From: Neophaeotheca triangularis
Taxonomy: Eukaryota
NCBI GenBank assembly: GCA_054600435.1
Contig: BAAIJX010000076.1
Span: 1 to 64,000 of the forward strand
DNA: 64,000 nt
Reading direction: 5' to 3'
Part shown: one piece after another, positions 26,687 through 43,006 of the stretch
Layout of the letters: each line of letters begins with the position of its first letter
Numbering within the stretch: the stretch's first letter is position 1
Translations under genes and position numbers: made by a program
Notes under the pieces: generated by a model
Told to the model about the DNA's origin: nothing
What the model saw: only the letters and a program-made list of their open reading frames with translations
Database searches by the model: none

Positions 26687-28402
26687 ATGGAAGCACGATA
26701 CCTCGTGCCAGGAACGGCAGCCGGTGAACTTCTCTTCTCGACCACCGGTCTCAGCTTCTGGGGGGGAGTGAATCCGATTACTGGAGAAGTGGTGGACCGC
26801 CACCATCCTCTCTCCGCTAAGCGTCTCAAGGGAAAAGTAGTTGCTATACCCACAGGCCGCGGATCATGCTCAGGAAGCGGTGTACTCCTCGAGCTGATGC
26901 TCAATGGCAATAGTCCCGCTGCTCTCGTTTTCCGGGAGACGGAAGAGGTGCTCACACTTGGCGTGCTGGTTGCGATTGAAGTGTTTGGACTTTCCATGCC
27001 TGTAGTGGTTGTCTCAGCTGAAAACTTTGCGGCACTTTCTACTGAGCACTATGCACAGCTTGATGGACGAAATGTTCGCTGTACTCGCCAGATGATAGTA
27101 TCGCCAACCCAGCAACCCTCGCACCCCGCAATATCTGAGCTGCAATTAGAGCAAAGGGATCACGATTTTTTAGCAGGGCACCAAGGGCTGGCCAAACAAG
27201 TAGCAATGCGGATTCTACAGCAGGTCGCGAAGCTGCAAGGAGCGAAGAAGCTGATAGACGTGAAGCAAGCGCACATAGACGCCTGCGTATACACCGGTCG
27301 AGGAGGCTTGCGCTTCGCAACCAAGCTTGCAGATATGGGAGCCAAGTTCGTTGCACCGACAACGCTCAATGCAATATCCGTCGACCGACGGCGCTGGAGG
27401 GAACTCGGGACGCCAGAAGCCACGGCGGATCCTTCAAATCAGCTGGCTGATGCATATCTATCCATGGGAGCGCAACCTAGTTATACATGTGCTCCCTACT
27501 TGCTCGAGACGAGCCCCGATGCCGGAGATAACATCGGATGGGCGGAGTCGAATGCGGTGGTCTTCGCCAACAGCATTTTAGGAGCACGTACTCAGAAGTA
27601 CCCTGACTTCTTAGACGTATGTATTGCGCTGACTGGTAGAGCTCCTTTGGCAGGCTGCCACCTCGATGCAGGTCGCTTACCTCAAGTACTGATAGAAGTG
27701 TCGGCTCTCAATGCCACAGACGACTCACTGTGGCCTCTATTAGGCTACTGCACTGGTGAAAAAGCAGGCTCGTCTATCCCACTAGTCTGCGGCCTTGAGG
27801 AGGCAGGCCCCACGACGTCCGATCTCAGGGCCTTTGGAGCCGCTTTTGCGACTACGTCTTCAGCTCCCATGTTCCATATACGAGGAATCACTCCAGAAGC
27901 ATTGAAAGCGACGGAGTCTCTACCCGAGGGCTTGCACAAAGTCAAGCTGATAGCGTCAGACCTCCGTCTGAGCTGGCAAGCACTGAACACCGCCCAAGAC
28001 CCATCAGTCGGCCTGATATCCCTGGGAAACCCCCACTTCTCTCTAGAAGAATGCAGCAAGCTCGCAGCACTCTGCAGCTCAGGCACCAAGTACCCATCGA
28101 TGAAAGCCATAGTAACAACAAGCCGCCACGTCTACGAGCTTGCCGCAAAAGCAGGCTACGTGGAGAAACTGGATAACTTCGGCTTCGACTTTATAACGGA
28201 TACCTGTTGGTGCATGATCGAAGAGCCCGTCATTCCGGTCGATGCGAAAAATCTCATGACGAACTCGGCAAAGTATGCGCATTATGCCCCGGGTATGGTG
28301 CAACGTGGTGTCCATTTTGGTAGTCTGGTGGATTGCGTTGAGGCTGCGAGGCGAGGAAAGGTGAGGAGGCGGGAACCAGGGTGGTTGGGACAGACCGAGT
28401 GA
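26687..28402 (+). CDS. Aconitase X, fused type I (swivel + catalytic domains); probable cis-3-hydroxy-L-proline dehydratase
   Basis: LSFWGGV and GRGSCSGS in the N-terminal domain; AHIDAC, YTCAPY, WAESNA, GNPHFS, DTCWC and TNSAKYAHY in the C-terminal domain. Intronless. Confidence 0.88.
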   Translation: MEARYLVPGTAAGELLFSTTGLSFWGGVNPITGEVVDRHHPLSAKRLKGKVVAIPTGRGSCSGSGVLLELMLNGNSPAALVFRETEEVLTLGVLVAIEVFGLSMPVVVVSAENFAALSTEHYAQLDGRNVRCTRQMIVSPTQQPSHPAISELQLEQRDHDFLAGHQGLAKQVAMRILQQVAKLQGAKKLIDVKQAHIDACVYTGRGGLRFATKLADMGAKFVAPTTLNAISVDRRRWRELGTPEATADPSNQLADAYLSMGAQPSYTCAPYLLETSPDAGDNIGWAESNAVVFANSILGARTQKYPDFLDVCIALTGRAPLAGCHLDAGRLPQVLIEVSALNATDDSLWPLLGYCTGEKAGSSIPLVCGLEEAGPTTSDLRAFGAAFATTSSAPMFHIRGITPEALKATESLPEGLHKVKLIASDLRLSWQALNTAQDPSVGLISLGNPHFSLEECSKLAALCSSGTKYPSMKAIVTTSRHVYELAAKAGYVEKLDNFGFDFITDTCWCMIEEPVIPVDAKNLMTNSAKYAHYAPGMVQRGVHFGSLVDCVEAARRGKVRRREPGWLGQTE

Positions 28403-30326
28403 GAGCTTGTTGTATGCTGTTCTGCGTCGGTCTTGAGTTGTGAGACGGCGGTTCTTGAGAGGTACATTTACCGCAGAAACATGTTTGCCTTTCGGCTTAT
28501 TCCAGCTTCCAGCATCGCGTCTGCTCAGGTATGCTACAGTGCTAATGGACCCAGGACGAGTACCTAAATATTCAGCGCCCCTCCTTTCCAGAAGGGCCGT
28601 GTGGTAACTAGCAAGCAAGTACTGTTCGCGGCTGAGGAGTCAGGTCACATGCCCTTATAACCAGACGACACGTTCGAGGTACTTTACGACAACGAAGGAT
28701 TAGGAGGGAGCAGGGATACCGGAATTCCGACTCCATTCGTAGCGGGCAGCGCGTGCTGGACACGTTCTGCAGTGCTCCCTTCCTTGGTTGCTCGAAGACG
28801 TCTTCCACCACTGATATTTACCCCGGCTCTATCAATATCGAGCATCTCAGTATGTGGCATCATTGGCATGCCACATTAGGCTCGAACCGTCGAAACAATG
28901 GGACCATCAAAGCCAATTGAAGACAAAAAGGGCATTGCAGAGGTTTTGGTGGTGAGGTTCAGCAATAGAATCAGGGAGCTTGTTATGTAGACACGGGAAA
29001 GCGCCAAAAGAGCAAAACTGAAGCTGTCGCGCAAACTCCTAGGCCCGCGCATGGACGGTACGGAAACCACGTAGAGACTTGCGGCTGGCCGGATTCGTTC
29101 AAGGCCGTACGAAAATACATCTTCGTCTGAGCCGGTGTTGTACTTCGAATGGGTGACTGGAGGACGCGGTGTCAGCACAGTGAAACAAGTCATCTTGCAG
29201 ACCAGGACCTTCTACGGCGTGACTTACTTTTAGTCCAGAGCTACTACGAATGAATGTTGTCGCCGTTTTGCCGCGCATGGGTGACCGTCGTTTGATCGTC
29301 TAGTGAGCCACAGCCGCATGGTGATACGAACTCTATCGTTTGGTTGAAAGATGTAAACACCACATCCACAAGTCTAACTTGCCGGCAAGCTACATCTTAG
29401 CTCGTTGGTTAGAGGTTTGGTGCGCGGTCCAACGCTCGCGGAGCCGGGGAATCCTGGGGTGCAATGGAGGCTTCATGGAAGAGTTGTATCCCTAGAGTCG
29501 AGCCCCACGAAGGCTGAACATTGAAGCTTAGTTTGGATCGCCATGATCGATCGCTACGCTCACGATGGTTCGAAGAAATTCCAGCTCGCAAACCATTGAT
29601 GCCCTCGCTTGAATGCCACGTCCCGAAGCTCGATTCAAAGCGTAGCATTGACTTCTTTCTCACTATTGCGACACCCAAAGGAATGTAGCATCACGAGAAG
29701 CAACCGAGCAATTCTGAAACTGAGCTCTTTTCGGAGCGAGAACTGGTATCTCAAAGTTTGCCATGGTAGACCAATGCTTGTATGGCTAGCTTGACGCGAC
29801 AATGAAGTGTGATAGATAACGGGTTGACTTACATCTCCAGAGGGATGGCGGGGAGCCCATATAGTCACAAGCAAATAGTTACCTCCGGTGCGCTTCCCAA
29901 GTCCCACCGGCAAGAGCTCGTCCGTCTAAATAGAGGACCTTGAGCAATATGATCTACCCACAGAAGTCACACGACAAACATTATAGTCATTCACGGCCAC
30001 AGCATGCGCGAGTCAAGAAGCAAGGCACGGATGCAAAGAGAAGAAGGCTTGCTATTATCTAGACCCAGGCAACTGTTACGTCCACCCGTTCAGAGAAGAC
30101 CAGCACAGGGCTTTCCCCTGGCCATGCAAAACGCAAAGACACAGGTATCTTTCCCTCATGAGCGCTGGAATCAGCAAAGTCTAGTCTGCAAGCATGTAGT
30201 AGGAACGGATTCTTTTCGTATTTCTTTTCCACTCCTCACTAGAAAAGCTTCTTTGTTGAGTGGTTGGTATCGAGAAGAGCTGGCTAGTGAATACGGCGCG
30301 GTGCGTATGTTGCTGTTGTCTCGCAT

Positions 30327-31394
30327 CTACCAGTTGGTCTCGGGCTGAGCCTGCGAACCAGCCTGCTCGCCAGCCCAACCCTGGTTGCCGACCTCGACGG
30401 GGGCGGAAGAAGCAGCCCAATCGGCACCCTCGGCATCCCACGAGCTGGAGGCTTGGGCACCAGCGGTACCGGAAGCGGCAGCAAAGGCACCGGAAGAGCC
30501 ACCAGAGACCTCCCACTCGTTGCTGAAGCCAGACTCGACGGCACCGGCACCAGCCTCCTCGACACCGGGGACCTTGGCCTCGTCCTGACCGGCGGAGTCC
30601 TTGTTCTCCTCGGCCTCAGGGTCGCGGTAGAAGTACAAGTCGGTCATGACGTCCCACTCGGCCTCGCGAGAAGCAAGAGTACCGCGGAGACGGAGGACCT
30701 CACGGGCGAGCATCCACCAGACCAGACCGATGGAGTGACGGCCCTTGTTGTTGGTGGGGATGGCGACATCGACGTACTCGGTGGGGGAGTCGGCGTCGCA
30801 GAGGGCGATGACGGGGATGTTGACGTAGGAAGCCTCCTTGATGGCCTGGGCGTCGGTGCGGGGGTCGGTGACGATGATCAGGCGGGGCTCCTTGAAGGAG
30901 CGGGTGATGTAGTTGGTGAAGTTACCGGGGGTGAAACGACCAGCAATGGCAGTGGCACCAGTGTGAGCGGCGAACTTGAGGACAGCGCGCTGGCCGTAGG
31001 GACGGGCAGAGATGACACAGATGTCGGCGGGGTTGTCGATGGTGGCGATAATACGCGCAGCGAGGACAATCTTCTCCCTGTAAATCGCACAAGTCAGCCA
31101 ATGGCTTTGGTACATCAGGTCTCAAGCTGCGGATTGAGTTTGCTGGTCGCGTATTGCTCGTGCGCGCCCATGCGCGACTATTTTTCCAGCTCTTCCTCGG
31201 GCGAATGCTTCAGTCGCAACATACCAGGTCTTGCTGATGTTGATCACGTTGATGCCGTCGGGCCTGGTCTTCCACAGGTAGGGCTCCATGTGCACCTGCA
31301 TGTTCTTGCTGCCCAAGTGAGCGCCGGCGGACAGCAGCATCTCAATGTCCTGCGACGTGGCGTTGAACGCCGGGGGAAGGTTCGCGGGGGCCAT
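30327..31394 (-). CDS. rps0: 40S ribosomal protein S0 (uS2); intron 31078-31224
   Basis: GAHLGSKN...[39 protein letters not shown]. Confidence 0.98.
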
Positions 31395-31688
31395 CTTTGC
31401 GGGTGGAAGTCTTGAAGGTGGTGGAGGAGTTGGACTTGCGACGTGCTGACTGCTGTGCGAAGAGGTGAAGTCAAGCTTGCAACAATTCGGAATTTTGGAC
31501 ATTCGATACAGGCGTCGGCGCTTCTGATTTTCGAGCGCCGATGTGTGCGTCCACTTTGAGAATAGCGGTGTGGCTGGCAGAATCCGGCTGGCGGGCTTGG
31601 CACAGCTTCTCCGAGCGAGCGACGAAGTCTCTCTAGATGGAATGGATGCTGTCGAGTTGAAGTAGGTAGCAACACATCTACAACCATC

Positions 31689-32715
31689 ATGCCTCCGCGG
31701 ATACCAATACTACAATGCCTTCGGGCTTCAAATGGTGCGAATCATGCCGGCACTAGTCTTCGTGATGCTATACTGACATTTGGCAGTACCCCAGCCCGCC
31801 TCCCTACCCCGAACCTCGACCCAAACATGCAACGCCTCTACCGTGACCCAGCGACGGAAGCATCGTGACCCTTATGCTCTCGCCCAAGCACGCGCGCGCA
31901 AAGCCGCGAATTTGAGCAGACAGGAAGTTCTCAAAAAAGAACGAGCAGCGACTCTAGGCGACCCCGTTCATGGTGTGACCACCCCCTTCATCCGAAGCTT
32001 CGACACTGCACTTCCCCCCGAACCCTCCCCACCCGCGACTCGTACCCATGTACGCGAATCCCAATCGCCATCCTCAGACGCACCCGGCCCTCGCGCCGAA
32101 GCAAACGAACATCTCAACTTCTACGTCTCGAAACCCGAACTGGACGAAAGCGTCAAGCGCAGCAAATGGCTCACCACGCCTACAGAGGGATTCGAAGACG
32201 AAGTTACGAACCTGATGTCAGGAAGCACTGAATCCTCGCGTAAAATGGAATGGGAGAGCCAGCAAGCAACCGCCGCCGAAGCACTACGTCGTATCGCGAG
32301 CTTGAGTCTAGGAAGCAGCAAAGACCGCCTACGCGCGAACAAACAGCGATGTATAGATGTTTTTGGTCGTCAGAGCACGGACAAGTCTTTGGCGCCGAGA
32401 TTGGCGGCGACGGATCCCAACGGCGAGGGCGGAGCGCGACAGATGGAGAAGACGCCGCGTGTTGGGCCCGATACGGGAAGTAGTGAAGTGCAGATTGCGA
32501 TTTTGACGGCCAAAATTAGGACGCTTTCCGAATTCTTGTTGTCGAGGGGGTCAAGTGACAAGACGAACAAGAGGAATTTGAGGCTGTTGGTGCACAGGCG
32601 GCAGAAGCTGTTGAAGTATTTGAGGAGGAAGGAGAGGGGAGGGCCGAGATGGACGCATCTTATTGAGACGCTCGGGTTGACTGAAGGCACTTGGAGGGGA
32701 GAGATTAGTTTGTGA
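31689..32715 (+). CDS. Mitochondrial ribosomal protein uS15m; intron 31735-31786
   Basis: S15 core [16 protein letters not shown]...[25 protein letters not shown]. Presequence exon [15 protein letters not shown] joins in frame. Confidence 0.9.
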
Positions 32716-33231
32716 GGGAGGCCTGTCAGTGGAAGGCGAAGTGTATATCCTCTGATGTTGTACTTCTATGTATATCTGCCTTGATGTGAGGCATCCTCGC
32801 CGCTGTACGAAGCCATTTAAATTTCCCTTGCATAAAGTCCAGATGCTCATGCAACTCGAATGCGCGGGAATCTTGATATGCATACTCCGATAAACGTCGT
32901 CTTGCTTTAAGCATACCTTTTACTGTGTGTATTTAATAGTACCGATGCTATGTTTTATCCCTCTGATGATTCGTAGACCCTAACCGCTTTCGCTGGCTCC
33001 GACTTCGCGACTTCATCCCACCTCTCCACAAATTTTTGGCTTGAGCTTCGTATTGAGATGAGTCGAATGGATTTCTTGTCTCATAACTCCTACGAATTCG
33101 CATACGCACCATTACCAGGGTTTATGCAGCAGACGCGCCTTTGGGACATTATCAGCCTACACTCTTTCGATCACTCGTGTGTACTCGCGGAGGAAGTGGT
33201 CGAGTTCGTGAGCGACGCCCTCGTCTGCTGA

Positions 33232-38154
<4,923 letters not shown>

Positions 38155-38590
38155 CGTGCGCTGAGAGGGGAGAAGAAAAGTGGAGGAAGGAACGGTAGTT
38201 TGCTGTTTGTATACTGGTATATCTCTTTCGTTGAAGACCGTCCCTACACTGTACTGAACCCGTGCCCCGAAATAATTGTTCTCCCACATCATGGCACCAC
38301 CCCCCGCTGCTGGCGGAGTTATTCAGTGGTCTAGTCGGTATCGTAACCAAGGCAGCCGGAGGGCCGGGCATGGCATGCAGCATGCCTGTCGGAGGCCTTG
38401 GTAAGGGAAGAACTCGTACCGTTATAGATGTACGCTGTAGGCCTTTCTGCCCAGGCGTCGGAGAAAACGACGTGAATGGTCCACTCTTTGCCTCGGTGCC
38501 AGACCTCGATCGTCAAGTAGGGTCTGTGGTCAGTGGGTCCCTTTTGTATCCCGCTCCCGGTCCAGCTATTAGCTCTTATCGACTGCTATA

Positions 38591-38944
38591 TTACCATGGT
38601 ATGACTGACCAGGATCGGGTTCGAATACTCTCGGCATCAAGGTACTGCCACTGAGCGATCTCAGCGAGAACTTTTCGGACTTCCCGGGCAATGTGTTCAG
38701 CTTTGCCTGGTGTATCCCTGTAGTAAACCAGGTCGACCCAGTCCATCGAGAGGCTCTGGCGGCGAGCCATCATTTTGGCATGTCGAGTCGCCAATCGAGA
38801 TCTTGCTGCTCTGGCTGCTGCCCCTGCAACGGTTCGCGTTAGAGCCCTCCTCAACTGGTCAGCCCTCTGTCTTCGTTGACTACGTCTTGGTTGGACATCA
38901 ACAAAGCCGAAAGACATATCCGTCAAGGCTGAGAGTGCATCCAT
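38591..38944 (-). CDS. Possible small orphan protein (~117 aa)
   Basis: ATG-initiated ORF with plausible helical composition; no recognisable domain. Confidence 0.3.
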   Translation of the reverse strand: MDALSALTDMSFGFVDVQPRRSQRRQRADQLRRALTRTVAGAAARAARSRLATRHAKMMARRQSLSMDWVDLVYYRDTPGKAEHIAREVRKVLAEIAQWQYLDAESIRTRSWSVIPW

Positions 38945-39635
38945 GGCTCGGAAGGGTAATCCAAGATGTCGATGATCGAGGCATTGGTACTTGTATGTAT
39001 ACCGCAAGAAGTAATGCGTGTGAAACGGAAGATATGAAACAACGCAACTTCCAACACCTAGGTTACTGCTCATGCGCCCTTGTCAAAGCTGGAGCCCATT
39101 GGCAGTTGCGACGGCAATGAAGCATTGGGACTAGAGTTAGACCTTCGGAGCATTCACGAATCATCCTATTACAGCATTTTCAGACATGGCAAACTTGTTG
39201 ATTGAGGTCTTGGGAGTGGACGACGGCCTTGGTCTTCGGGCCCAGTGGGGCTTTCGGACTTCCATCTCAGGGGGCCAAAATCTTGGCGGGTGGAACGTCA
39301 GGCATTGTCGGCATGGTCTGCGAAAAAGCCCTCGTGATTACTGGCTCGTGAAGGACACCAAAGAGAGCGGTCGCCTATTCTGATGCTGGAAAAGAGCAGA
39401 GCCGCCTCAAGATCGCGGACAAGTTGGTAGGGACTGGAAAGACGGTTGGAAACGGCACATTGGCAAGTATGGATGGCTTGATAAAGCTCGTAGATAGATA
39501 ATAAAGAGGACTAGCAGCAAGGCTCTCGTCGAGAGTATCAGAGCTCTTCACACTTGCAGCTGGTTTCGCTACCCAATGCCATAGCTCCAAGGCGACCCCT
39601 AGGTAAAGACAGATTCCGCCGACCTTCCCACCATC

Positions 39636-40158
39636 TCAGACGTAGCAATGGCGAGTCGTGAGATGATGACCCTTCCACGAGATGTCGATCGTCGCATGGT
39701 CCCTAGTATCCATGGGCGATCTATGTATCCCGCTTCTACCGTTGCGAAAGCCGTCATCAGCTATAGTCCACCACAGAGCGAGCTTCGCTGGGAAACAGTC
39801 TGCACCGTATCTTGACGACGAGGTCAAGTTGTTGCAGTTTGATGATCTTTTCCACGTAGGTCCTGACGGTCTGCTCTACGTATGCGCGGGCCATGGTGCT
39901 TCGGTAGGTGTCTTTGTGGAAGGAGACGTCGATGCGCCGGCCGTATTTTCGCGTGCGCTTGGGGTTGACAACGACCGCCCAGCTGTCGTAGCGTGGACTG
40001 AGTACGATGGATGTGGTGTTGTTCTACAGCAACATGATGTAAGGATGGGAAGAAAGGAATGGGAAGCGTGTCGGATGAGCCTTGAGGCATACGGAGTCGT
40101 TGTCGTTGTCGTTGTCGGTGCCGGTGCTAGTGCTGGTGCTTCCTCGCGGAAGTTCCAT
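39636..40158 (-). CDS. Predicted 3-exon small protein (127 aa) with His-rich C-terminus; introns 40024-40092 and 39736-39805
   Basis: Exons of 66+218+100 nt join in frame through two GT..TAG introns of 69 and 70 nt. Confidence 0.6.
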
Positions 40159-40919
40159 GTTGAGCAGGTCCCCACTGGTTTGGTGGTATGTTCAAGAGCT
40201 ACTCTTGAAAAACTTTTGGGGACGAGACTTTTCAAGAAATCGTCTCCTGCTCTTACAGATTCCACTAGGGTGGGCTAGCCAGCCTTTCACCCAGCCTTTC
40301 ACCCAGCCACCAGCGCCAAGACATTTCTCCATGACTTTGCAGGTGAATGAGTGAACCCGGCGGGCGTGAAAATTCAGCGAGTAAGGTAGGTGGTCACACG
40401 TGGGCGCTAGACCTGCCAACGACAGCCCGTGGGGCCCCGCAATTCGTTCGTGACTCCCGTTGATGTGAATGGAATGCGCCCCAGGAAACCGGGTTTTGAG
40501 TATTCCGAGACCGACCGCTGACTTCACTCGTATTTCAGGCAGTAATGCGCATCGCATGCTAGAGGAAATCGCCAGCGTACGAACGAGTGAGACGCGGTTG
40601 CCAGGGTAGGTGTTAGCTTCGCGCACCGAGGTCAATTTCCAGAGAAGTCGAATGCTCAGTTCCGCAGTTCTGGGCTTGCTTGACCTTGAGCGATGATTCC
40701 AGTGTTGTAGAGCGGTGATGACATTGCGTTAACAGCAAACGTTTGTCGCGGGACAAATATCATCATCATCATCAAAGTTCCACCCTCTTCCATATTTTTC
40801 ACCCAAACCCAGGCGACACCAGAAGAAAGCCTTGGCGCAAGTGTGGTTTCTTTGCCAAGCCTGCTGCTCACCAACACACCGCCGCACCTCCCCAATCGAG
40901 TCAACCAACGACAGTAGCC

Positions 40920-42290
40920 ATGGCTCTTTCCAGGATCAAGCAGACGCTCCTCGTCACGACGAGAAATGTCAAGGAGAGGTTTGGAAGGCCACGGCGCCTG
41001 CGGAAGGCAGGGGGTATCCTCGATTCGGAGATGGGATTTCTTCACGTCAGACCGGGAGACGTTTTTGATGGTGGAAGATATGCAACGATCGCTATGCTCG
41101 GCCAAGGGCAGTACGCTACAGTGTGGTTGGCAACTGACAACGAGTGGGTCTCTTACCTTCGCAGAAACATGGCATTCGCTGACCGATGTAGCACCGGCGA
41201 AAGAGTCGCTCTCAAAATATTGAGCCGCTATTGCTATGGTTATGGCCAGGACATCATGGAGCTGGAGGTTACGCGAAAAATTGCAACGGTCTCGGCAGGC
41301 TCTGGACATGCCGGCAGAAACCATATCGCTCAGCTCAAACACGATTTCCAGCACAAGTCCGCAGAAGGCCACAAGCATGTGGTGATGGTCTTCGGCCTCC
41401 TCGCTGCTACCCTGGACATCACCGCAAAAGGCTCTCCAGAGTACAGAATTCCGGTCTCGACTAGCAAGGAAGTAGCCCGTCAAATGCTGCTTGCACTCGA
41501 CTTCTTGCATACCGAGTGCGGCGTCATACATAGCGACATTCATCACACCAACATCATGGCAGAGTTTTCTCCCGACGAAAGCGAATTCTTGTCCAACATC
41601 TCTGGTACTCGAAGGCTTGTCGATTACACAATTGCTTCCAAGGACAAGGTTGTCTCTGCCGAGGCCGGTTTTCAGCTCCGCCTGATAGATTTCGGAATAT
41701 CATCTTTCTTCGACAAGCATTTTCGCGAAACACAAATTCAACCCGAACCGCTCCGAGCCCCCGAGGTGTCACTCCACGGACCCTGGAGCGAGAAGATTGA
41801 TATCTGGAACCTTGGGACTTTGATGTTTGAATGGGTGCTGGGCGAGAAGATGTTCCCCGGCAAGGCGGCTGAAGACGGATCGTACAGCGAAGAAGACGAT
41901 CGCTTGGCGAAGCTCGCAGAGGCATTCGGAGAAGATGGCAGATTCCCTAGCAGTCTGCTTCGGAGCTGTTCACGAGGCTCAGAGATCTTCGACGTCGAAG
42001 AGGGTGGGCTGCTGCGTATTCAACATGTGGTCAGCACACCTTTGGAATGGGTTGTAGATAGCGGGCCCCGAGGGCATCCTTCTCAGCAGCTACCTGCCAC
42101 GATGAGAAAGGAAGAAGTTCCCATCTTCTGCGACTTTCTGCGCCAGATGCTGAAGTTGGACCCGAGAGAGCGTCGGACTGCCCGAGAGATGCTGCAGCAC
42201 CCTTGGATCGAGTCGAGAAATACTATGCGGGATTCAGCAAGATATTACCGTTATAGCTACAGCGCTGCAAGCAATGTAAGCGGCGGCTGA
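40920..42290 (+). CDS. SRPK-like (CMGC) Ser/Thr protein kinase; probable in-frame intron 41144-41191
   Basis: LGQGQYATVWLA, VALKI, HSDIHHTN, DFG, LRAPEV, DIWNLG and R.TA.E.L.HPW motifs. Confidence 0.88.
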   Translation: MALSRIKQTLLVTTRNVKERFGRPRRLRKAGGILDSEMGFLHVRPGDVFDGGRYATIAMLGQGQYATVWLATDNEWVSYLRRNMAFADRCSTGERVALKILSRYCYGYGQDIMELEVTRKIATVSAGSGHAGRNHIAQLKHDFQHKSAEGHKHVVMVFGLLAATLDITAKGSPEYRIPVSTSKEVARQMLLALDFLHTECGVIHSDIHHTNIMAEFSPDESEFLSNISGTRRLVDYTIASKDKVVSAEAGFQLRLIDFGISSFFDKHFRETQIQPEPLRAPEVSLHGPWSEKIDIWNLGTLMFEWVLGEKMFPGKAAEDGSYSEEDDRLAKLAEAFGEDGRFPSSLLRSCSRGSEIFDVEEGGLLRIQHVVSTPLEWVVDSGPRGHPSQQLPATMRKEEVPIFCDFLRQMLKLDPRERRTAREMLQHPWIESRNTMRDSARYYRYSYSAASNVSGG

Positions 42291-43006
42291 GTGATGGCCG
42301 CGAATACGACGTGCAGCCGCAAATGAGGGGAAAGCCTCGGTGGTGGCGCTGAGCAACGGAGGAGAGTGACGAGTACGCCGTAAGCAAGGCAGCTCGAGCT
42401 GGATTCTGATGTAATATCCCTAACGTATTTTAAGACACCGACCTTTGTTTCAATCATAATGCAACGGAACGCAGGACGGTCGCATGGTCGTATCTAGAGC
42501 GACTTGAGATGACGTTCAGAATCGCCGCATTGAGCGAAAAACGCCAAGGAAGGAACAAAGACGTGTAGCAATCGGTTAAATATGGATGTCCACTGTTGTA
42601 ATAATGAATTACAATAATGCATCTCTAATTAATAATAAGGTAAGTAACTTACTGTGCTGTCTGTACTGTCTGTACTTATGAGGTAGATACTACAAGAGGC
42701 ACATGATAACGTTAAGGCCGTAAAGGAGGTAATCTTACTGTAATTGCGCGCATCTGTTTGGTCAGCTCGTTAAATCGGCATCATGCCGTCGCTTTTTCCC
42801 CGTCGGTCCAGCCTCCACTACCTACTGTAGGTACCTCATGCTTCTGCTGACTACACGTAAGCTTGCGTAGCCGAGCGCATTTATAAAGTACGCTCAAGGC
42901 AGCCAGATTTTCCACGATCAAGTTGTCTGCTTTTGTCTGCTTCTTTACCGGACAAACAAACATCACAACCGCCGCCGCTGGTTGGTATCGCTATCGCTAT
43001 CGCAAA

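Noticed and set aside
32910..33045. CCTTTTAC and AATTTTTGG suggesting U5 snRNA, and TGATGA suggesting a C/D snoRNA
   Set aside because: The loop is ACCTTTTAC rather than GCCTTTTAC, the U5 architecture is not recognisable, and there is no nearby D box.
33058..33065. Gcn4/CpcA site upstream of AROM
   Set aside because: TGAGTCG is only a 6/7 match to TGASTCA; plausible but unsupported.
38612..38635. GGTTCGAAT tRNA T-loop-like motif
   Set aside because: No T-stem or cloverleaf can be formed.
40278..40308. 12-nt tandem repeat CCAGCCTTTCAC
   Set aside because: About 2.5 copies in non-coding sequence; ordinary slippage.
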